From assembly GCF_001194135.2 (NCBI RefSeq), contig NC_068986.1:91653718-91717717 (forward strand): a DNA stretch of 64,000 nt. The letters are read 5' to 3'. Shown piece by piece: positions 1 to 11,800 of the stretch; positions within the stretch are counted from its first letter, which is position 1; the number at the start of each line of letters is the position of its first letter. The DNA is from Octopus bimaculoides. Lineage: Eukaryota. The notes beneath the pieces are model-generated. The model saw nothing but the letters and a program-made list of their open reading frames with translations. It made no database searches and had not been told where the DNA came from. The translations under genes and the position numbers were made by a program.

Positions 1-237
1 GGCACATAAAAGACACCATTTCGAGCGTGGCCGTTTTCGTGCGGGTGACACGTAAAAGCACCCACTACACTCTCTGAGTGGTTGGCGTTAGGAAGGGCAT
101 CCAGCTGTAGAAACTCTGCCAAATCGGACTGGAGCCTGGTGTTGCCATCCGGTTTCACCAGTCCTCAGTCAAATCGTCCAACCCATGCTAGCATGGAAAG
201 CGGACGTTAAACGATGATGATGATGATGATGATGATC
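1..237 (+). mobile_element. RTE 3' UTR copy with (GAT)n tail, cut by the window edge
   Basis: 6 mismatches over about 220 nt against 57055-57278. Confidence 0.85.
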
Positions 238-380
238 ATTCTCATCGTTTAACATACATCTTCCATGCATGCATGGGTAGGACAGTTGACAGGAGCCAGC
301 CAGGTAGAAAAACCACCCTAGGCTACTGTGTTTTGGCAGGGATTTTACAGCTGGATGCCCTTCCTAACACTAACCACCCC
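238..380 (-). mobile_element. Diverged RTE 3' end, tail-to-tail with the copy at 1-237
   Basis: catcgtttaac...tccatgc...acagctggatgcccttcctaac is the reverse complement of the RTE tail. Confidence 0.65.
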
Positions 381-900
381 ACAGATAGACAGGTAGATAC
401 ATTAGAACATTTATCCAACATTTTGACAGGGCATTACAAGCAAAGATGGATTTAAAATACACCAAATGGTAATCAATAGTACTAGAAATGAAGGAGCTGA
501 TGACCTGCAAGAAATAGCAGCCAAATCCCCCTCGAATTACACTACCATTGTAAAGACCACATTATATAATGTCTTAGAGACAGTATATTTCAAAAAAAGA
601 TGGGATTATCACTGCTAGAACAGTAAGCGTGGTTCTACTCAACCGGGAGTAACCCCATTATACTAGTCTTGTGGAAAGACAGTTGATCTCTAATTCTTCA
701 AAGAGTAGAAAAATGCATAATCACCCTATGACTACAACTCAGATGATCTTTAAATAGAACATTAAAAATAAATGAACAAATATTCTGTATAAATTAAGCC
801 TATAAATAAATTAGAATGCTCAAGTTAGTGTGTGTCCTTTTCTTTGTTCATTGTTTGTACACCATGTGTAGCATTTGTTTCACTTTCAACATATGCTCTC

Positions 901-1031
901 AAGCTTGCTTCCCAGCCACATGGTCTCAGGTTCAGTTCCACTGCATAGCACCTTGGTAAGTGTCTTCTGTAGCCTCAGGCCGACCAAAGTTTTGTGAGCA
1001 GATTTGGTACAAAGAAACAGAAAGAAGCCCT

Positions 1032-1081
<50 letters not shown>

Positions 1082-1275
1082 TTCTGCCATCGCTTGACAA
1101 CAGGTGCTGGTGTGTTTACATCCCTGTAACTAATCAGTTCAGCAAAAGAGATCTATAGAATAAGCACCAGGCTAAAGAAAAACTAAGCACTAGGGTCGAT
1201 TCATTTGACTAAAAATTCTTTGAGGAGGTGCCCCAGCATGGCTGCAGCCAAATCACTGAAACAAATGAAAGGAAA
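901..1275 (+). mobile_element. SINE family A, 5'-eroded, with (TG)n
   Basis: Diverged but colinear with 52953-53338. (TG)n at 1041-1080. Confidence 0.75.
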
Positions 1276-2136
1276 GATAAAAGATAAACAAGTACAACAC
1301 TGAAAAAACTTATATATTGATAGTTTCCCTTTCAGTGTCTTACCACACTACTAACCCAACCAATACCAAGAACTTCCTACTAGTAATATATACAATTAGT
1401 ATCTGTAGAATATTATATAAAAATAAACTAATTTTTCAGTTTATTTTATGAACAAAGCAAAAGCACAAAAGTGAACTACAAAATAACTGCCAACACCTTA
1501 TGTACGACTAATGCTAAGATAAGGTTAGCTATACTTTAACGTACTAGAATTTTTGTGTTTACCAGTGCATTCATAAACCATATGTAACAAGACCAGGAAG
1601 CCACGCAGCTGCTCAACTTATACTAAAAATAGCAATCAAATTTCCCACACATCGCGGTTATTTTTTGAGTCTGAGGACTCTCTTAAGACTGGTTACTGAG
1701 AGTCCATGAAGTAAAAATGACTGAGATCATCACATTCCCTCTCAGCAGGATACCAGTCCATTGCAGGGTTTAAGGCCAGCAATTTTGAATGGAGGGGACA
1801 AGTCAATTACATTGATCCCAGTACTTGATAGGTAATTTATTGTATTGATCCCAAAGGGATGAAAGTCATCTTGGCAGGATATGAACTTGGGATTTTACAT
1901 TCAGAAAAAATGCCACTAAACATTATGGTCAATGCCCACTCCGTGCTTTCGTATCACATTCCATTCTTCAAAACGAGGAATGACTTACAGAACAAAGTGT
2001 CAAACTTGATATACAAAAATTTTTGTACCCTCTCTTTTGTTCTATTATTTCAATGTTAATAAAACACTATTTTCTTTAAAAATGCACACAATGCTGTGTG
2101 TGTGAAAATTAAAGTGCTCATCATACAGAATCAAAA

Positions 2137-2138
<2 letters not shown>

Positions 2139-2183
<45 letters not shown>
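2139..2183. repeat. (TG)n microsatellite
   Basis: Direct reading. Confidence 0.9.
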
Positions 2184-2186
<3 letters not shown>

Positions 2187-2244
2187 GCGTAAGCATGCAT
2201 GCACACTAACAAATTCTTTTAGAACACCTAAGAAACAGTTCATC

Positions 2245-2600
2245 ATCATCATCGTTTAACATCCGTTTTCCATGCTGGCATGGGTTGGATGGTTCGACTG
2301 GGGGGTCTGGGAAGTTAGGAGGCTGCACCAGGCTCCATCCTGATCTGGCAGTGTTTTCTACAGCTGGATGCCCTTCCTAACGCCAACTGCACTGCTCCAA
2401 GAGTGTAGTGGGTGCTTTTTATGTGCCACCAGCATGGGAGCCAGAGGGGGCTGGCATCGACCACGTTTGGATGGTGCTTTACACATGCCACTAGCACAAG
2501 AGCCAGTCGGGGCAAGGGGGCTGGCATCGACCATGTTTGGATGGTACTTTTTACATGCCACCGGCACGGGGAGCCAAGCAGGTGGCGCTGGCATCAGTCA
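2245..2600 (-). mobile_element. RTE 3' UTR copy with internal ~60-bp tandem units
   Basis: catcatcatcgtttaacatccg...acagctggatgcccttcctaacgcc followed by 3 units of tttatgtgccac...ggca. Confidence 0.75.
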
Positions 2601-3549
2601 GAACTACAATTTCCATTTGATTGTGGTTTGATTTGATTTAGATGTACTTGACTCAATAGGTCTCCTCGAGCATGGCATGTCGCCCCTTTTGAGTGGGCTG
2701 GTTATGTGATACTGGCATACTTTGCAACTAAATCAGGTCTCAATTGCTGCCATTTAGATATAACCACATTAAGTTGAAAGTTTATTTTGTCTTTCACAGC
2801 CAGAGCTGATTTTATCTTTTACACAAAAGTTTCCTCTATTTAAATTTAATTTGTTTAGCATATGTAAACAGATGCCATGACTAAAGTAGGTTTTAATGCT
2901 GTAAGCAGTGGGAAAACTGTAGAATTGACCAGTGTTTCATTTGCTAGTGTTACAAAATCAAACTCCTTATAGCTTTACATTAAAAACATTTTTAAACTTC
3001 TAAATCTATTCATGGACTGCTTGACTGACTTTGCAGATGATACTGCTGGCTTGCCTGCTCTCTCTCTTGCTCTCTCTCTCACTCACTATAGGTATCTTTA
3101 AAACCCTATTTGTAGTCTTCTGGTATTTGTCCTTCTGCCGTTCTTTTCATTATAGTCACTAATACAAGAAGTGTCTTATTTTAAAAAATAAAAAAAAGTC
3201 TTAATGTTTGTGAGATATATGTGTGTGTGCGCATGCATGCATGTATGGGTGTGAATGTCTATGTATGTATGTATGTATGTATATCCATATGAACTTTATA
3301 TAATTACAAAGCAATGGATCCATACATTGATAGACAAAGAATATGTTTGACTAGATCACCATTTCTCAAATGTAGCCCAGTTGTATATGGTGTCAAGCAC
3401 TCCCATCCCACCTTATTTAAAAAAACCCATTTGTTGGACAGGAAGGTGACAGGCACATTGTGCCATCCAGTTCAACACTCTCACCATGGTCCATGGGTAC
3501 CTTTAGCAGAGTTAGCTCTATCCCAAGCATTCAGGCTATGTTCCCAGTT

Positions 3550-5170
3550 AGGAGTTATGACTTCAAAATACACCAACACTACATTTCCATAGATGCCACA
3601 AAATAAAACTAAACTTCTCTCTTCTCTACTACCTGTAGACTTATCCAAACTAGACACCACACATCACTTCTTACAAACACATAAACTACACATCTTATTA
3701 ATCTCCGAGACAAATCTCCTCCACACCAATCTATAGTCTGTGTCATCAAGACGACAATTTCCTATCAAATTTCTTTCTGAAAAGTGATATCTGCATATAA
3801 ACTCTACTCTCCCTGCCTCTTGCCTTTCTCACTTTGTTATTGGCAATAAAAACTTCCAGTTATTCTATTTCAAAGGCTCACTCTCACCCCCACTGATCCA
3901 TCTGATCCAACGACAACTATGTAACCATACTTCTTCCTGCATAAAGGACATTTACCTCACCTTATTTCTCACTAAAGTCACCGTTCTTGGTGGCTCCAGT
4001 GTTCACAATTTATGCCTTTCACTCTCACTCCATACTCATGCTGCTGGTGCAGAAAACAAATCTTTCACAATCCCCAACTGTTTACACCAGCTACTTTTAT
4101 TCTCTATACACATGAGCTCACTGATGAAAGCAGTATTGTTGTTCATAACATCTGCTAAGCTTCCAGTTGTGTCTCATATGAAAACTCCTGACAAAACTTC
4201 CTCCATATAGGTTCCATCCTTCTTTCGTCTGTTAGATTAATCATTTGTCAAATCACATTAATGTGGTATGTACTGATGATGGGGCTCTCTATGGCCCAGA
4301 CTATAAACTGAAGGTCCCAAAGTGGAGTTTTTATTTCCCACACTCTACCTTCATGACATCAACTACTACTAGTTGTCACCAACAATACTCACTTCTATGC
4401 AGATGATGTCTCCCTTCCTTTCTCTCTATTTTCCACTCTCAGACATGATCTACAGGCAACCAGACACTCTGGGCCAAACCTGCACGACTATGAACAGAAA
4501 CTGGAAAAACAATCTACAATGGAGTCATACCAATTATGTCTCATTCAACAGAAAGAAAAAAAAACATCGAAAGAAATGTTATCACACCTAACACTCCTCA
4601 ACTATGCAACTACAATCCCTGTGAATGCTTCAAATGCTAGGCTTCATTATCACTGACAATCTCTTTTGGTGAGCATACATCCTTAAACATGTCTCAAAGA
4701 CTGGAGTTTCTCTTCCAAGCCAGAAAATACTTCATTCCCCTACAACAACTAGCCTCTACAAAGCTCAGGTGAGACATAACAAAATGCTGCTTCCATCTCT
4801 GTCACACTTGTTAACAACCTAGACAGCATCCAGGGGGAAAAAAAACCACTCAGGTGATAGGATGGAAGTCAATTTACACACACACTACCATCTCTGGATC
4901 CCACAGGTGTATTGTCTCCTCTCTCTACCTTTTCTACCGCTACTACAATGGCATCTGTTCCTTGGAGATGGTTGGTTTCATGCCACCTCTACTCCCACAT
5001 TTGTTTTTCATCATTATCCATATTGCCCTCACTCCCAAAGACCTACAGTAACCAATACACTCAGTTCTTTGTTCCCAGAACATTGGCCCTTTCAAATACC
5101 TTCATTACATATCTTTCCTGAAGATGTTGGCTTGCAACAGTGGAAACTGAGTGTTATGGCATTTATCTCA
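3550..5170 (+). mobile_element. Degraded CR1/L2-like LINE, RT and 3' region
   Basis: HFYADDV with YADD at 4396-4407, preceded by a decayed GVPQGS.LSPTL-like segment. C-terminal SSLFP..W..IFP..LQQWK-like motif. Many stops. Confidence 0.65.
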
Positions 5171-7539
5171 CTAGTTTCAGAGAGCTTCAAAAGCTCAGAA
5201 ACAGTTCCATCCTCCAGACCAAACAGATAATTTTTTTTAAAAGTGTGGGAAGTTTTATTTTCATATATTTTTATTTACTTGTAGCCAAGTGGGATTATCT
5301 GTCTAGGGAAACAACAGCTTCTCAATATGGTCTTAGAATAAACTGTAAAAATAAATTTGAAAAAATGCAACAGAACTGGAATAAAAGAAAATCAGCTATT
5401 GAATAACATGACTGATAGAAAATGTTGAAATACACATGGGAAAAATTGAGAATAGTACAGATTGTGCATTTTAATGTACATAAGTGGCTATCTTTGTGCA
5501 CAGCATTGCTACTTACTGAAACCTAACAGAAAAGTGGTACATCAACACAACTACAATCAAACCAGTAATTGAAACTTAATTTTTACATATTTGACCTTTA
5601 CCTTTACAGTAACTAATAGTAACTGGTCTAACAACAAACAAAAACAAAGAAAGAGGTAAAGATGAATTCTGTTGTCAAACAACTATGAACACCTGGCAAA
5701 TAAACTGAAAGATGTATGGTTTATGAATATTAAAATCTTTGTACAATCATTTGATTTTTTAAAAATCAATGTCATAAATATAAAAGAAAGGTGCAGTTAA
5801 CTGTATCAACTGAGTACACACTGGATACCTGTTGCATTAAACCAAACAGTGGACGAAAAAGTTGATCCTGGCAATAAATTCAAAACAAAGAGGGATGGAA
5901 CTAAATACCCTAGTCATACAGCCCAGTGTGGTTCAGGTGACATACCACAGCCTTCTCAAAAATAATTTGTAACAGCTCACAAGGTTACAATTTTTTAGCA
6001 GGTGGAAGGTTGGTAGGGGAGGACTCAATTATGTCAGCATCATTATTTGACTGGTACTTATTTCATTGATATTTCATTGGCCCTGGAAGAATGAAAAGCA
6101 AAGCTGGTCCTAACAAGATTTCGACTCAGTAAAGGGATATAACAAAATACTCCAAGACATTTTGTCAGTCACTTTACCAATCCTACCATTCACCACACTT
6201 TTTCAATAAAATCAAAACAATACCTTGGTGTCTTCCAGAAGTTTCTGTCTACTGGCATCTTTCCCAGTACCCCCACTCCTTCCCATTAGGCATTACCTTC
6301 TAACATAATTTGTCATTTCCTGTTTAGTTTGAAACAAAAAAACAATAGTCTTCAGAAAGCTGAATAATCTTGGCAGTACAAACAATTTGAAACCAATTTT
6401 CTTACTAATTAAGCATTAACAATTTCCTCAATGTCTTAATTGACTTCCATCAAGCTTGTTAGTGATTTTACCAAGAAAATTGAAATTATTCTTGAACAAT
6501 AAAATTTCTGTGTTACATATTTCACAATAATTATCTTTATGTCAATACAATGATAATGGTGGTGGTTGTTGTTAAGTAGTTTTAGTAAGTTCTGGTGGAG
6601 CTGCTGAAAAATGTTATCCTTATGGAAAGCAATAGCTCAGTTAGAGTTAAGATATTGAATGCATAGAGCATCAAAAATGTTGGCAAAAAATAAATGTAAG
6701 GTGAGGATAAAATTACTAATATTTCATTTTCCATTAAGTACAAGAGATAGCTCTGCCTACATTTCAGTCACATTGTGACACCATTGACAAAGAAGTTTCA
6801 CCATACTTTCTCAAGCAATAATAATGTTGAGGCAATTAATTATAGAACTTATTTCTAGCCTTAATCAAGTCATGTCCCTTGTCCAAATATATAGGATTCT
6901 TATATTAAGCTTTCCTTAGTACATATTTCTGGTTAGGTGTTTAGTTCCAGGTCAGCCTTTATCTTGAAAACCTATGATCAAAAGCATTCTAAAGAGAAAC
7001 CCTGTCTTTTGTTTCTGTTATATACTTATGGATAAATGAATACACTGCAACAGTGTAATAACAATGTAATCGAAACAAATGGCAGTAACTGCATGTAACG
7101 TAACAACAATCTTTTAAGAACCAACAATACATGCTAACTCGAACTGTGAACTCCAACTTTAAACTAGCATGATGATTTTATTACAACCACAGGGGTTAAA
7201 CAAAGAGGGAACAATACACAGGACAAATAGGGGTCGGGGACTTGTTGGATGAGATTACATATAGTGAATAAAAACATAATTGCGAATGAAAATGAATGAA
7301 TTAATGGATGGATGTGGAATGGGTTTGACCCCACCAACCACATTCCTGCGTTGAACCGTTTACTTCGTCCTTTTGTTTCCTTTCCCCCACTGCTTAATTA
7401 GGTGCTTACATACCCAACATTTGGACTACTTTCTTTCACTTACTCAGATTGCTACTATTTATATGTAGTGGTCCAGTTCATTCTCATCAGGGGGAATCGT
7501 ACTCTCACACAACATCTCCCCATTTGAGATTTCATGTTC

Positions 7540-8060
7540 CAAAGGAATAAAGAAATTTTTTTTATTTATATATATTTTTTTAGTATCTCTTTCGCTTGGG
7601 CATTATCTCAAGGTGTTCGGTCTGCTTTCTTTTTCTCATGCTGGTTCTACGGAACTCTATTACTTTTGGTACCGGTACATCGAATATTTCACAGAATACT
7701 TCCATGGGAATTTCTTCCTGAACTTGGGTATGCCTCTTCTTTAGTTGCTTTATATGTCACTTATGTTCACCTTGTGACCCTTTAATTAGATAAATCATAC
7801 TTCCAATTTTTCTGGTTACAAGGTCATCTTCCCAGCCTTCTTTACCATTTCTCTAGGTTTTGAAATGCACTTTATCACCTATTTCGACATATTTCGTTGG
7901 CTCTTTCGTATTCCCTTTACGTCTTTTTTATCTCTGGTAATAGCTTATCAAAAATGGATTTTATTCTTCTTGTGAACATCAATTCTGTGGGAGACTTCCC
8001 TGAATTTGTACTTGCATTGGGGGTCACTGTATATTCTTAAGAAATTTGTCAGTGTTTTGT
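7540..8060 (-). pseudogene. Integrase C-terminal tail of the Gypsy pol
   Basis: The - strand reads FLRIY / VTPNASTNSGKSPTELMFTRRIKSIFDKLLP, typical of the Y.TP...SPAELMF.R.I...D.L.P end of Gypsy integrase. Contains stops and frameshifts. Confidence 0.7.
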
Positions 8061-8200
8061 TGTTACTTAATTTATTCCTCAAAATGTGATGTTGATACAT
8101 GTTTTACCCATGAAATGTAATTTATCGCCCATTACACCATGCGCTATTTTTGCTGTTTTACGTTATCTCGGTTTACCAATTTTTTCCAATTATCCACATT

Positions 8201-8837
8201 TCAGACAACTATAGCACTTTTTGTTAGTAAATGGACAATCCTTTTTGTAGTGTAGGCCTCCACAACCATAACACAGATTGGGGCCAGATACTTTTTTTTA
8301 TTGTGTTTCCCAGGACGACACATTTGAATTTTTGCAGAGTCTTTATCTTGTATTTTTTTCACATCATGTTTAAGATATACCATAGTCTGACATTCTTCTG
8401 CGATGGTCTGTAGAGATAAATCCTGGTTCGCTTGCTGCATTTTCGAGAGAATCCTTGCCCAAATTTTGCTATCTTCAGGTGCTGTAAGTCCTTGCCCAAA
8501 GACAAGTGATTTGGACATATCTTGAGTTTGAAATTTTTGCACATACGGTTGACTACTTTTGCATAGGTGATAAAATCCTCCTTTTCATTTTTTGTTAAGT
8601 TCCAACACTCTATTCTGGTGTTGAATGATGAAAGCAGTTCCATGGTTTCTTGGAAACCAATCTCACTGACTTTTTGGGGAGAATAAAGGTACAGTAACAC
8701 TCATGTTTGGCAAGAGCTACCTTGCACAGTAAAAGCCTTACTTTCTGCTCCTTCAGCCATGACTTGCACTCGTTAAAAATTTCCTCATCTCTTCTATAAT
8801 ACACAGGAAACATAATACCCTCCTCTAGATTGTACAT
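8201..8837 (-). pseudogene. Frameshifted gag-like ORF of the Gypsy element
   Basis: Overlapping ORF fragments (YYRRDEEIF..CKSW..KVRLLLCK..FILPKK / ECWNLTKNEKEDFITYAKVVNRMCKNFKL / LVFGQGLTAPEDSKIWARILSKM) resemble K02A2.6-type Gypsy gag. Confidence 0.75.
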
Positions 8838-11800
8838 AAATTCAGAGTAAACGTGCTTACTAGATTTTCAGACTTTGACAACTGCAACTCAATTGTTGTT
8901 GTAATAGTATTTGTTTTTGCAACTCCTGTAGTTGTTCTTGTTGCTTCTCTTGAATAGCTAATAGGTTTTCCATGACGTAGAAATTGTCAAATAACCCGTG
9001 AGAGTTTCGAATGATTTTTTGTTGCCAGATGTTATATCCTTATGGATAAACGAATACACTACAACAGTGTAATAACAATATAATTGAAACAAACAACAGT
9101 AACCATACAGAACGTAACCATAATTGTTTAAGAACTAACAATCCAACTGTGAGCTTTGAACTCCAACTTTGAACCATCAACACACGAACTGTGGAACTAG
9201 CATGAACTACCTCACTCAGACCACTACTGCTTATATGTAGGGGTCCAGTCCATTTTTGCCAGGGGGTGTCATACTCTCGCACAACAGTTTCCTAGGCATA
9301 GTGTACCTCAGACTACATTATATTTATTATGTTCACAATGAAATTAAATTTCATGATTATTCCAGTAATGACGTTAAATATCTACCAAAAAATAAAATTG
9401 GAATTTTCTGAAATTCATGCAGCCTCAACAAATTTGATATATTTCAACAGAAAATAGTTACAAACATGACATTCCTCAGCAAAGGATAGACTGGTATATA
9501 AAAACTGTTTTCTGCAGTTGAGGGTAATGAAATCTGGAGGGTTAAGATGACAGGGTATGTTTTGAGAAAAATTGGGATGCTATTCTAGCAGCTCAGGCTT
9601 CCATGTAAAGGATATCAATGCATTTCAATTATTTCTCAATGAAATAAAAATTTGAGAAATTTAATAAAATGGCTTTATATCTTTATATGACATTGAGTAG
9701 TTGTCAACCAAATGAAATCTCATGCTCATGTCATCATGTTGTAATGAGATTTTGATCAAAATTCTAAATTGAAATATATTTCAATTATCATAAATATGAA
9801 TGGCAGTTTCCACATGCAGAGTCTGGATAACAAAAAAAAGTCTATTACTGAATGGTTTGAGCCAATTCACCAATTCCACCATAAGAATTTGTTAGTGTTA
9901 TTTCTATTTGTTAAGGAAATAAGCCTATTAGGAATAAAATATAATTGATATAACGGACTGACATTTAATAGAGGTTGTCTCTGTACTTTCAGCTTTTAAC
10001 CAGTCAAGAGAAGGAAGAGGTGTGGCACTAATAATTTCTTTTTAGACCAATATGTAACATTTATGGGAGTGGAGAATAAGCTGTGGTATTCAAGCTTTTC
10101 CAAGACTTAGTAATATAGGTAAAAAAGTTCTGGAAAAATAAGTTCCAGCTTGTACACATATGCTATTTAAGTCACCCAAAAAGCCGTACAATAAACATAC
10201 AATCAAAAGAATTAGCCTTTACTTAGGTTATTGAAACTGTGTATAAAAATACCTTTAGAATTTTTATATTACTTCACAAGACAAGGCTTGCATCAGACTT
10301 ATTTAACCATTTAGCATTTAAATCAGCCACATGAAGTCCAAATATTCTACCAGCTAGACCCAACCTTTCACACCTACCCTACAATGCCATTCTAAAAATA
10401 TACAATCACAGCATTGAAATCTCAAAGCTATGAGATAATGCATCATTATTTCAAAACAATATAAAAAAGCATTATGTTTGCCAGAGTAAACTGAATGTTA
10501 AAGGGTGAATACCACAGAAGTTGTTTCTATAATATACATGGTGGCTGCTGCTAAGAGCCATTATAAGTAGACTTGCCATAAACTGGGATTGTTCTACATA
10601 ATTCAAAGTCATGCAAGAAGATATCAACGATACCCAATATTCTAGACAAATTTAATAATTTATTTGAGGGTCATATTTTTCATTAAAATAGAAATTTTTA
10701 ATTCAACAGCATGAGAATCATTCCTATTGACACTGGAACATATTAAATCATAAAACCCACCTATAACAAACCTTACTTGCTGTAAAAGATGCAATGACGG
10801 TTTTATGTAGGAGTGTATATATTAGGTTACAATTTTAGCATCAGCACAGTATACAAATATATTGCAGTTTGGAAAACTACTAAATCTGAATTATTTTAAT
10901 ATATACTACAAACATCTACTGTTGGTAGAAATAGCCAGCGAAAGATTTAGCGAAAATCTGTTAACTGGAAAATAAATTACACACACACACACAATTTCAA
11001 ATACTACTTGTTGAAAATTCAGCCTGTAAAGTAATTTGAAGAAAAGCAGAAAGACAAACTGCAGAAACAGTAGAACTTATATTGTCTCTCCAAGGGTTAG
11101 TTGCAAAAGTATGATGCAACTTAAGGGTGAATACCTGATGAAAGGGTTTGTAGTCTTTAGTTAAGCCCTTAGTTCAAAGCCTACAGAAGTGAACTTCCAG
11201 ACATGGCAAGACTTTTAAATTATATATTGGGGTCTATTCATTTGACTATATACTTTTGATTAGCTTTTATGGTATTATTCAATGTAAGAAATCGATATCC
11301 TTGAAGTAATAAGTACAGTGAGTCAGCAGACTCATTTGTTTAATGTCTGGTTTTCCATGACATCATGGGTTGGACAATGAATTATTTGAGGAAACCATTT
11401 ACGGCCAGATGCCCTTCCTGTTGTCAACCCACATTAATTTTTCCAAGAAAGGGAGGGGCTTTCTATTCTGCTGATTCTTGAATGCTCAGCATAGCCTCAC
11501 TTAGTCACATATAACATCACCATTCATGCACATATGCATGCATATATACACATCACATATATATAAAACATGATTCTCTAGTTTTTGATTATCAATTCTG
11601 CCCACAAGGAATTATGTGACCAGGGTTAAAGTAGTAAACAATTGCTTGGAAGCAAACTTTGAACAACACAGCCATGTTAGCACATGGTATATAGATTTCC
11701 CCTTTTCGTATTCCTTGTCTTTCATTATCCAGGTGAATGAAGTATAAGTAATATACTTATATCAATGTCTATATTCCTCTACAAAAATTGAAAAGATTTT

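Larger units (their letters stand above)
7016..9286 (-). mobile_element. Ty3/Gypsy LTR retrotransposon, internally deleted and degenerate
   Basis: Related terminal repeats 7016-7514 and 9030-9286, both TG...CA. 5-bp TSD GTTTC at 7011-7015 and 9287-9291. PBS-like TGGCAAC next to the 5' LTR (9027-9021, - strand). PPT GGGGAGA (7521-7515). Confidence 0.88.

Noticed and set aside
1344-1402. Exon-like segment on the - strand (ctacag|...GTG|GTAAGA; ILIVYITSRKFLVLVGLVV)
   Set aside because: Open only in phase 0, so incompatible with the upstream candidate chain. It shows that such motifs arise by chance here.
2410-2600. Repeat-spacer-like array resembling CRISPR
   Set aside because: Eukaryotic context. 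Units are degenerate tandem repeats inside an RTE 3' UTR with no unique spacers and no cas genes.
11130-11160. CTGATGA motifs as possible hammerhead ribozyme cores (also near 4091 and 43221)
   Set aside because: I could not find the matching GAAA and three flanking helices by eye. An Infernal search would be needed.
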